Part shown: piece after piece, positions 24,370 through 35,357 of the stretch
How the letters are laid out: the number at the start of each line of letters is the position of its first letter
Numbering within the stretch: the stretch's first letter is position 1
Assembly: GCF_003918875.1 (NCBI RefSeq)
Contig: NW_025767368.1
Location: 620,001-684,000 of the forward strand
Reading direction: 5' to 3'
DNA length: 64,000 bases
Source of the DNA: Haliotis rubra
Taxonomy: Eukaryota
Position numbers and translations under genes: made by a program
The notes under the pieces: model-generated
Told to the model about the DNA's origin: nothing
What the model saw: only the letters and a program-made list of their open reading frames with translations
Database searches by the model: none

Positions 24370-24915
24370 GACACTTCTCAATAACTTGATCCCTGATTTG
24401 CACATCCTATGAATTTCAATCTCCAAAATCACTAGATCCACTTTGTTGATGCAACCGTGTGACGATCTCATATTACGAAACACATGTCTCTCATAAGGAA
24501 TATTCGATTGAAGAGTGAAATACTGATTTAACCCTGTAACACACTTCTTGAAGCAATCATCTTGTCTGGTCACGTCTGGTAATGTGAAATACATGTCCTA
24601 CACGCGCATACCTGCTTTGTGCAACAACAATGCTTCCATCTGTTCTAGTTTCTCGAGCCCTTTTCCAGTCGCGAAAAGTTTGAAGGCATGCAACCATCGT
24701 TTCTGACGAGGCGCTAATGCACTCGCATCTGAGGTAAATGGCCAACATCCCCGATCAAAACAACAACAGCCATGACATTTGGTCCGAAGATGTCTGGTCG
24801 CCAAATGTAGCATTTGTCTTTAGATTTAACTAAATTTTAACAGATTGAACTACATGTGATCGAACACACAACCATGCTTCAGTAGTCACTCGGTTTATTT
24901 CCAGCATGCAACTAC
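24370..24915 (-). mobile_element. Duplicated Gypsy gag/PBS/partial LTR fragment
   Basis: Near-identical to 13700-14240. Confidence 0.88.
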
Positions 24916-26715
24916 AAGAAAGACTATCAGAAAAAGAAGAACTGTCTCATGTAATCAGTGTGAGGTCTGTAGATACCTACTTGTGGATACATTGGCTCTC
25001 TATCAGACTATCAGACCAAGAAGAACTGGAGGACTCTGTCTTATATGTGATGCGGAGACGATGATATTGTGCAGCACCAGTTATTGCAATGCAATGAACT
25101 GTTTAGACACAGAAATACCATGTATGAACGATTGTTCGATATTCTACCACTAGAGACATACATTAATCTGGAGAGTAGTTCTGATGACATCTGGTGGCAT
25201 GAGCCCCATCGTGGACAACATACATGTGGGCCCAATTCATTGACACTGTTGCCAGGAGCATTAGTTCGTGGAACCTACAGAGCTGGATATACCTATGATT
25301 CATATTTCATCCAATCACCCCCAGTGTATTATACATACATATGCTTAACTTTCTTTCCCATTCTAATATGATTGGTACATAGTCATGTATTTTGTATTCA
25401 TGTAATAATTCATTGTACTCTCCGGCATTATTGGAGGAAATAAAGACAATTCATTATAGTAGCACACATCTTTTCCTTTCTTTATTTTATTTTATTTATT
25501 TATTTATTTTTGAGAGTATCGGTATTTATTACAGAAATGATACAGTAACATATTTAACATCAAAATATTAACTCACATGAAACTCAAACATGACATCCGC
25601 ATACATTTCTGCAGAATTAGTGAAATGCATTTCTGTAAAACATCACATGTCTGAAGTAATGTTAACCCTTCATGACATCAGTCATATGTTTCTGTAGTAT
25701 CCCATGACATAATGTCTGCCTGATGTTTCTGTAGTATCCCATGACATAATGTTTGACTGATGTATATCACGCCACCAATGTGACACTATTGTAAAACCAT
25801 ACATCATATTCTTAAAACAGATCTCTGCATTACCTGATATGACATCATCGAAACATTCCCATAGAATCTCATGACATTACTGAAATCTGTAGTATCTCAT
25901 GACATTGTTGTAACATATTACTGCATTATTTTATACACATATTACCGTTACTGTGAAATCTTTCAAACATATTACTGCAGTATTTTATGACATCGTTTAC
26001 ACATACTACTGTAGCATCTCATGACATTGTGGTTTTATATATTTTTAAAAAGAAACATCTTTATTCGCCAAATAAACTGTGACGTTATGTTGGTATTTAG
26101 ATGTGAATGTTTCCAGTGTACACATGTGTGTAAATCTGTTCTGGTAATTAACACATTATTTCAATAATATACGCAGGTGTTGTGATGTCAACTGTTTAGC
26201 AGATGCACCTCAATACATACTCCTAATCTGCGCATCTATTGCATTATATGTGTACTTTTCAAATTGCATTGATAAAGCATTGAAAAACATTTTGTGTGTG
26301 GGAAATAAATAAATAATTAAACAGATAAATGAATAAAAAAAAACAAATAGTAATAATATAAACGCATTAAAAAAGCAAAGTAAACGAAAGATGAAAAAAG
26401 TAATAATACAAAAGTATTATAAAATAAAAATAATTAGGAAAAGACATATCATTCGCTCTCTCATTCATACCCTTGCATTCTCTACCATAACATTAACTCA
26501 TCATTTACAAGTTTTACCTGCATTGCCCATATGCTTTCGAATTCATTAAACCTAGATATATTTCAGTATCTGACTTATCTATAAGATAAGATTCTTTAAT
26601 TCCTTCTTGAAGTGCGACAACATAGGAACTATCGTTTGCAGCTTACATAATATATATATATATATGTTGGCTAGTAGTAGTATCAAGTCCAAACTACCGT
26701 TTGTATGATATGTGG

Positions 26716-26900
26716 TAGACTAACGTTTAGTCCCTGAATACATATAATTGTGATAGTAGCAAATAAACCCATTTACATTGAAAAGGTGTCCAAGTGAGAA
26801 CCTGAGGAAATCTAGACTTGCTTCATTAAGGGCTTTAGCATTGCAGGGAGGGCTAAGCATTGGGGAAAATAATATGGTTCAGGGACTGTGAGACAGACTA
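26716..26900 (+). mobile_element. 185-bp non-autonomous element with TAG..CTA ends and 9-bp TSD
   Basis: TSD gatatgtgg at 26707-26715 and 26901-26909; empty site near 16508 in unit B. Confidence 0.85.
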
Positions 26901-27249
26901 GATATGTGGGTGAACACCCTAAAAGGATCAAATCACGTTGAATATATAGAATACCTGTGTGTACACAGTTCAACTCCACCCAATATGAGAATTTTTGCCA
27001 AAAAGTCTTACTTGCTCTACAATTCCAGAACAGATGAACTATTGATTCAGGTTCTGACCCAAATATTAGCACACACTTGTTCCGCTCAACGCGGATGGTG
27101 GTATTGTCGCACACGTGCACACATGACTGGAATAAAACCATGGATTTCTTCTCTGTAATGAGCAATGAGTCACCATTACCTTTGCTTGTGCAATTCTGTG
27201 TGTGGAAGGTATATAACAGAAGTGTTGAAGAGTGTAATTGCCATCGAGA

Positions 27250-30200
27250 ATGTCACCTCGAGACGATTCCAGCGGACGTCCACAAAACAGCAGCAGGGTA
27301 AATGTCACCACTTTGGGACCGGGAACAGATTATACACCGAAACCTCCAGAAGAAATGACAACAAGGTGTCGGGAAAGGTAAGAGTCAAATTCTTAGGTAT
27401 AGCATTCACATCAATATTGGGTAGTACCAAATGTGGAAAATTAAATGTTCTTAAACCCTTTTCAAGTATTACATGTTGAATTTATGTCATTAAGTACCTA
27501 TGTTATACATACTGATAAAACAGCATCGTATTGCTATTTGGGATTAACTGGCCTAGGTGGGTAAGGTGTAATCTTGTTAGACGTCAAATTTAGTTTATTG
27601 CACATACACATTCATCTACACGGCCGGGCATGTGTGGCTGCTGGAACCTGTAATGCCCCTGTTTGAAATGGACATCATACTGAGATACCATGCCGCAGTT
27701 TTACATGGATATTCTACTTGGACAATAACGCTGACTGTGAGCAGAGTGCTCCTTGAACACCAGGAAAGGCAACAACAAATATCAGAGTTTAACTGCTTTT
27801 TATACTATACTGCGTGACTTCAAGCCACCCCCTTTTCGCTCACTGACTCTGAGCTCCTTGAATACCAGGCAAAGCAACAACAAGTATACGTGTTTTTATA
27901 CTACGCGGCCGGGCTTCAAACCAACCCCTTTTCGCTCTCCGACAAACACTGTATCCAATAAACCACGGAGGCTGTCCGGATAGGGCAGGGTAAAGCTGTT
28001 ATTACCAACGTTTGATTTGCGTGTTTCACGTCATGAACCGACGATGGGTTGGTGAGTATAGCTCTCAGCAACATTCCAGCTTTATGGCGGCGGTCTGTAA
28101 ATAATCGAGTCTGGACCAGACAATCTACTGATCAACTGCATAAGCATTGATCTACGCAAGTCGAATACGATGATATGTGTCAAACCAAATGAGCGGGCCT
28201 GACCACACGATCCTCTTACGTCAAACATGGGTTACTGAAGATCAATTCTTACCCGGATTATAAACCCTCGGACACACTATATGATGTAAATAGTTTAGCT
28301 GAGGATATTTCTGTTACAGATTCAGGAAAGGAAGTCTGACGACTGTCAATATAAAGAAGTGTGTGGTGGCGGCATGTCTGGTCTCCCTGATGTTCATAGT
28401 CATGTCGTTCCTGGTGGGTCTGGGTGTCCTGTTTGTGGAGATCCTCGACACCTTCCAGTCCTCAAGAGCCATGGCGTCCCTCCTCCAGTCTGTGTGCACA
28501 GGACTTGTGTTTGGAACAGGTGGGAAATCATTCAAAGGATGTTGTCATTCCAATGATGCTAAATATTACCAAAGACCACCTAATTCTTACCATACCCGTG
28601 ATGGTATTGGTCTTCAGTAGCCCATGCTTGCCGTAAGAGGCGACTAACGGGATCGGGTGGTTAGGCTCGCTGACTTGGTTGACACATGCCATCGGTTCCC
28701 AATTGCGCAGATTGATGTTGATCACTGGATTGTCTGATGCAGACTCGATTATCTACAGACCTCCGCCATAAAGCTGGAATATTACTGAGTGCAGCGTAAA
28801 ACTAAACTCACTCACTCACTGATGTAAAGACATGTTGGTAATGTTGTAAGGACATTTTGGCACTGCTGTAAAGGTATTTTGGCACTGTTGTAAAGACATT
28901 TTAGGACCACGGTAAAGACATTATGGTAATGCTGTAAAAAAATCGTAAAAGCCAAATAGAGTGGGTACACAAAACATTGCCAAATATCGGGATGATTTTA
29001 CGAATGGATTTACTTACTTAGGAATGACTGTAGCTTTGGATACGAAACATATGACGTCAAAACCTATGATGTCAAAGTCATAGAGGTGGGCTCACAGTGT
29101 AGTTAACAGATACTCAGGATATAATTTGCCAAATATTTTGGATTGGTTTGTTAATAAGAACGTATATACTTTCTGTAACATCACAAACCATAAGCAATGT
29201 TGATATTTTACCACATAAGAAAGTAAAAACGAAATGGTTAGCTCTAACTGACGTGTAAATTGCATTTTCCAAATACCCTGAGTGTCATTTAACTGGTGTT
29301 GTATTTATTTCACTGATAATTAAAAGATTCTAGTTATATCTTCAAATGTAAGGAATTGTAATAATAATTAAAAAAATAATATAAATAATAAATTGTGAAT
29401 TAATCAAAAGTAGTGGACCAGTCACATTATGAAATATTTTCAGAAACAAATTCACATTGCTGGAAAGCCACACTTTCAAAACTCAGAAATAACATAGAAT
29501 ATGATTCACTCAATCCTTTCTTCCACTTAGGTAATTATGATAATCACTTTTGAAGGTATGTTTGCCACAATCGTCATCAAGAAAGTTGGAGAGGGACATG
29601 TGACCACTGTTGGTGGTCTGTTAGCGGGAATTGGGTGTGTGGGAAGCGCCTTCGCCCCTTCCCTGCCGGTACTCATCTTTACTGTAGGAGTAGTTACAGG
29701 TGAGATTTGGAGTATGTCAGCTATTCCAGGTTTTTGTGTTTTGTGTATTAAAAACTCTTGACTAAGATTTCCTTCACAAGCTTCAAACAGTTTCCAGGCT
29801 GCATTGTTGTAAATATAATAACATCTGTTTCAATCCATCCGCCACTCGGTAAACGTCAAAGACCGGCATCATTATTTATTTCGGGCTGACACTCTGGGAT
29901 AAATTCGGAATACTGTTCAAAGCCGCATTAAATCCAACTCATTTTGCCTTCTGACCTTTTGCAGGATGTGGTCTGTGCACGTTTACTGTGGTCCCCTACA
30001 CAGTAACAGGACTGATGTTCAACAAAAGACGGAATCAGGTGTTCATTGTTGTCAGTATTGGTCCCGGACTTGGAGGCCTCATCTCGCCATTCCTCAACAC
30101 AGCTCTCATCGATGTGTTCGGCTGGAGGGGCACCTTCCTCGTCCTGGCTGGCCTCATGTTCCAAGCGTGTCCCATTGGAATGCTTCTGACCGTGCTCAGC

Positions 30201-31440
30201 AAGGACATCCAGAGGGACAAGGAACTCAAGGCAAAAAGCAACATAGTATACAATGACATAAGAGAAGATAGCATGGTTGTCACTAATTTACAAGAGCCAT
30301 CTCAGATGGAGAACAGTTCCGTAGCATATGACAATGTGACTTTTGTAGATGAGTATGGAAAAGACAACAACAGAAGAGAAGAACACAATGGTGAAATATC
30401 GATTAGTTTACAGATGACCGATACTGAAGAATCCAAACAGGACACCAATGTTTCTGAAATGAAAGACACAAAACAAAAGAAGGAGTCTTTCGTGGAAACC
30501 CTGAATTTAGGGTTATTTAAAGACTTTGCGTTTATTGTTTTAGGAATATGCCTATTTATTCTAATGAGTCTTCTGCCATCGATAAACTTTTTCTTTGTGG
30601 ACATGACTATTTCTAAAGGATTTGATGCCAAACTTGGATCCTATCTTCTTTCCCTTATTGGACTGTCCAACTTGGGAGGACGCTTTCTCTACCTCTTCGT
30701 GAGACCTGTGGTGAAGGTGTCCCAGGTGACTGTGTTTGCTACTATGTGCATGGTGCTCGCAGGAAGTCTGCTGCCCCTAGTGTTGGCAAACACATACCCA
30801 AGCCTAGTCACCGCTGTCGTGTGTTACGGCATCCCCCTTGGGTCGTGTTCAGTAGCCTACCCAACACTCATGTACGAAATAGCAGGACCCAAACGCTACG
30901 CATCAGCTGTGGGCTATTGTGAAACGATTTGCGGTTTGGGAGCATTCTTAGGTGGCCCTATTGCAGGTAATGCATGTAGAATTTTGCCAGCCTTTGATAA
31001 ATGAAAGTGTAACACTGTAATTTAGTAAAGATTTGTCCTCTTCTTGAAATAGACATTCTCTAGTTTGACTGATATGAGCCAACTCTGCTGTCTTTATTAT
31101 TACATTTCACCACACAGTTTTGCTTTATCAGTCCTATGCTGAAGCAATTACAGGTTATTAATGTGCTAAAGCAGCATTAAGCATCAGCTTTGTGACTCAC
31201 CACAATTTCAATATTTTCAAATTCCCCAATCCTGAAGAATCTATATACTTTAACGCCTCAATATCTACCAAATGATTTTATTTACCAGGGACAGTGAAGG
31301 ATGTCACCAACTCATACGATGGAGTAGTGTTCAGTACTATGGCTGCCATGGCTGCTTGTGGCGTCGCTTTCTACATAGTCGCAGTCCGACAGAGATGTTC
31401 ACAACACCTCAACAAGGAAACAGTCTCCACCCACCTGTGA
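27250..31440 (+). CDS. SLC16/monocarboxylate transporter-family MFS protein, copy C (541 aa, intact)
   Basis: Exons 27250-27377, 28320-28519, 29556-29699, 29965-30966, 31289-31440. The exon 3 acceptor is tttgaag rather than gttacag. AATAAA 31722-31727. Confidence 0.93.
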
Positions 31441-32820
31441 CCAAATACTGTTGAACACAGTTCTCACACTTTGCCGTCCATGCTTAATTTGTTTTCAATC
31501 TCCAACCTCAAACAGGGCTGGAATACTAGAAACATTGGCGGAAAACCCAACTCACTCACTTGTAGTTGTCCCAGTAAAAAAACTGGCTATTATTCAGATT
31601 CGACTTTTAATAATTCCGTATGATTGTAATGCAAAGCTCATATATACCACCAAACGCACCAAAAAGATGGCTATATATTCCTGAAAAACAACACTTGGTT
31701 TACTGTATAGTGTTCGCATTCAATAAAACATTATTCTCGTTATATGGTGGCTGACTGTATATAACATATATTAGTTTGGACAGTTGCCCTCAGGGAAGGA
31801 CACACTAACAAACAGCTGGCCATCGAGGGGTGACTACCTGAGCCATTTCATTGTATCTTACGACAAGCACAGGTTGGAGGGGACCTGTTGCAACCAAAGT
31901 CCCCCTTGGGGAAGGATCGACACGTATTGCGTGATTGCACGGTAAGGGACGAAACTCTTTCACGTTAGTCCATGTCAGGTTTGGAGGTCCACGAGGTCTG
32001 AAACACCATAGCACAGCACAACACAACAACATGGTTGTGATTTAGGAATAGTGTTGTGCGACATCACCTACATAGGACAGACGCCGGGGTCAACTTGCTT
32101 TGGGACCAGTCCTGATACCCTCGCACAAAGGACCGATATTCTTATTCCATCAGAAAACCATCAGAGTTGTCCCCAGGCAGCTACAAGTCACGGCACATAC
32201 CGCATTGAACATATGTGGGTAGGACTTGATGGTGCCAAGGGAGCCGAGCCAAACCACCTGAACCAGTTTTACAGCTTGCATGGCTGCAGACCACAAGGGC
32301 TGCCTTGATGCACAGGATGATAGAAATCATTACTAGCTTTCACACAACATCCGCATCTGGTAATACACGGACTACAGGTGTTTCATTCACTTCATGATTC
32401 CTCCTTTTTACCTCTTTGAACACTATTTCAATATTATTACTGCAGGAGAACGAGAAGGAAGCGTGTCATGAGCAAGTGCGTTGTAATTGTTGGGCAAGGA
32501 TTTCGATAGGAGAGGATGCTGGCTTATTTATATACAGGAGACACATTTTAACAGCAAATTGTAATGATGCCATTGTTGTGAAGTACGGTTTTACAATTCA
32601 GCTTTACCACTATCTGCTTGTCTAAATAAAATGATAACAAAGGGAGTCTATATTGGAGGCTTGAGTTTAAGTTGACAGTGGAGGAAAAAGACGTAATGGA
32701 GGACAAGAGAAGAAAGAGGAGGACATGTGATTGGTGGTATAGACAGTGTGAGCAATGGGGGACCTTAGCATCCGATTGTTCCATCTGGTTAGTATATATA
32801 TATATCACCTACATAGTGTG

Positions 32821-32860
<40 letters not shown>

Positions 32861-33062
32861 TGTGTAACCCGACAACGATCCCTGTAAGAGATATACGATG
32901 TTGGCCATTCGTGTTTTTCAACAAACCATCACTACCTGAGTTATAGGCTTAGAACTATAGTTGTTCTAAATGTTCCTCTACCACTGTGTGTTAGGCGCCT
33001 TAATCATGCACTACACGAAATACTGGTCTAGTCCAGGAGATTCGTTTTCCATGTAAAATAAC

Positions 33063-33453
33063 TAGGGCTGCGCTATATAACCGGTTTACCGGTATTTACC
33101 GGTTCAGACATGAAACGATACGTATTGCGATACGCTGGTAGAAAACCGGTATTTTGAGTTGCATTCGGAAAACTTCGTAACACTCGGAAATCTTCGGATA
33201 TTTCCTTTTTTCATTTGTGCCAAATATGATTCACATTTTTATTCTATCATGATAAAACAAAAGTTGTTATTAAAGCGTAATCAAGCATGGTGATGTTGTT
33301 GTGGTTTTCCTCTATAAATCAAGCATTAACTCGATTATAAGTATTTTTTTGTTTAAAAATACATCATGCAATATATTGCAATACATACCGCAATACATGA
33401 TTTCGCATCGCAATATATCGCAATATGAAAATTCCCTACAATACCCACCCCTA
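33063..33453. mobile_element. hAT-like MITE
   Basis: Ends TAGGGCTG...CACCCCTA, internal cgata/tattgc repeats, 8-bp flanks aaaataac/aatataac (7 of 8 match). Confidence 0.8.
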
Positions 33454-33522
33454 AATATAACAGATGGTACAGTGTGTGGCTGAATCTTCTGGAAATCGAC
33501 ATCAGATGGTTCGAGATGTGGA

Positions 33523-33592
33523 GGAATGCACAGATGGGGATAGGAATGCACAGATGGGGATAGGAATGCACAGATGGGGATAGGAATGCACA
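33523..33592. repeat. 20-bp tandem repeat, about 3.5 copies
   Basis: (ggaatgcacagatggggata)n. Confidence 0.95.
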
Positions 33593-34574
33593 ATAGACAT
33601 GTTTATGTGGCAGCATGCAAGAATACAGATAATTTCTCTTAACGTTAAATTTTGTTCATGGATACAAACTATAACAAAGAGAACTCAATAAGAGGCCAAA
33701 CAGACTGGCTCTGCTGAACTGGAATTTACTTACTGTAGGCCTTCTACCCCTTGTATGTCCAATCACCTACTCCAACCATGACTTGAGGCATCCAACGTCA
33801 TGTCTGTCCAGTGGCTTACCCTTCGGTACGAAATAGTCCGCTTCAGCTATGGGATACACAGTAAGTGGTGTGGGGAGTTCTTAGCAAGCCCAGTAGCAGT
33901 AGTTCAAACATAATTGTTGGCTTTGCTTTGCTTTTTCTTAGCTATTTTTGGTTGGTTGGTTGGATGGGTTTTTGTTTTTTGTGGTTGTATTTTGGAGGCG
34001 ATGGTGGGTCAATTCTTTACTGTGCAACCCGTGGAAAGCTTGAGATTTGCTGTTACTGTAATGATTGCAATGATTCCATGAGGACATCACAAAACATTAA
34101 GTGGTAAGGCTAAGTGTTATGACTGATGGCTGCCTGTGGCCTCGGCCTCCGCTAGATGTGTCCACAAGGCCTCCACATCTCTAATCATTACAGGACACAT
34201 GGCAACATTTAAACATTGTACTTGCTTGAGTATCACTGGTATATGTATGTAACTAGCATCAATGAAATATGTTTCGGGGATGAAAATGATTGTCATAATA
34301 TTATAGTGTGTCAAATGTACATTTGATCCACCGCAGTTGTGTGCCCTGCCAAAGCAGAAAGTTGCTGGAAGCAGTTCTCCACAAGAACCCATTCACTGGT
34401 CTACATCTGGCATCAAAGAATGGAACCAAGTAAAATAATCTCTAAGTATGGCCTCTCGCAGAAGATTTATTTGTGCCTGGACGTTGCAGTTTGTGTCCTG
34501 TCTTCACATAATTAGGGAGAACATTAACTTACGCTTATACGAACCTGCATGGATTAGCAATTTGCTCAAAAATA

Positions 34575-35096
34575 TAGTCTGTTTGCAGTGAAAACGTACC
34601 GATGAATTTCACTTTAAACAAAAAAGTATTTCAAATTAAATGAAATTAAGATTGCGAATCCTCATAATTTTACCTTGCCAAATGAACATTTAAATCTCAG
34701 AATTTTATTCAACTTAGGATAGAAGTTGTTTAACAAACGATCATAGTTTCAAATCGCTATTATTGGTTTGTATTACAAGGGGGTAAGTGCAGTAGATGGA
34801 ACAGTGATACAAATGCACGTGCGGTACGTGATGAGCGTTAAGTTAGACCAGCCCTACATGTTCTTGATGTTTCATTTAATGTGCACCCCCCCGTGTAATA
34901 CAAACCAATAATAGCGATTTGAAACTATGATAGTTTGTTAAACAACTTTTATCCTAAGTTGAATAAAATTCTGAGATTTGAATGTTCAATTGGCAAGGTA
35001 AAATTATGAGGATTCGCAATCTTAATTTCGCTTTAATCGATTTACTTTTTTGTATAGAGTGAAATTCATCGGTACGTTTTCACTGCAAACAGACTA
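34575..35096. mobile_element. Fold-back MITE with very long TIRs (about 200 bp), TA-flanked
   Basis: tagtctgtttgcagtgaaaacgtaccgatgaatttcac... is mirrored at the right end; second copy at 53787-54281. Confidence 0.9.
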
Positions 35097-35357
35097 TAGT
35101 ACCCTTTAGAATTAGCTCAACAGTTTTTGTATCGATACATACAAGCAAACAACTGAGAGTTTTCTTTCAGGAAACCGTCCTGGTGAGGACTATGAGTCTT
35201 ATGGCACACAGCATATGAAATGATCCATGGATGGTGCAGATCCATGAACCGCATGTGCATTAAACATGGTGAAATTATGATGTGTAACTTTTCCATCCCA
35301 GTCAGTCGTATCCTAGTGTGTACAGATATAACAGCTAGTTAATGTACACATCCTATT

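Larger units (their letters stand above)
24370..33336. repeat. Tandem segmental duplication unit C
   Basis: Collinear with 13700-24369. Confidence 0.92.
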
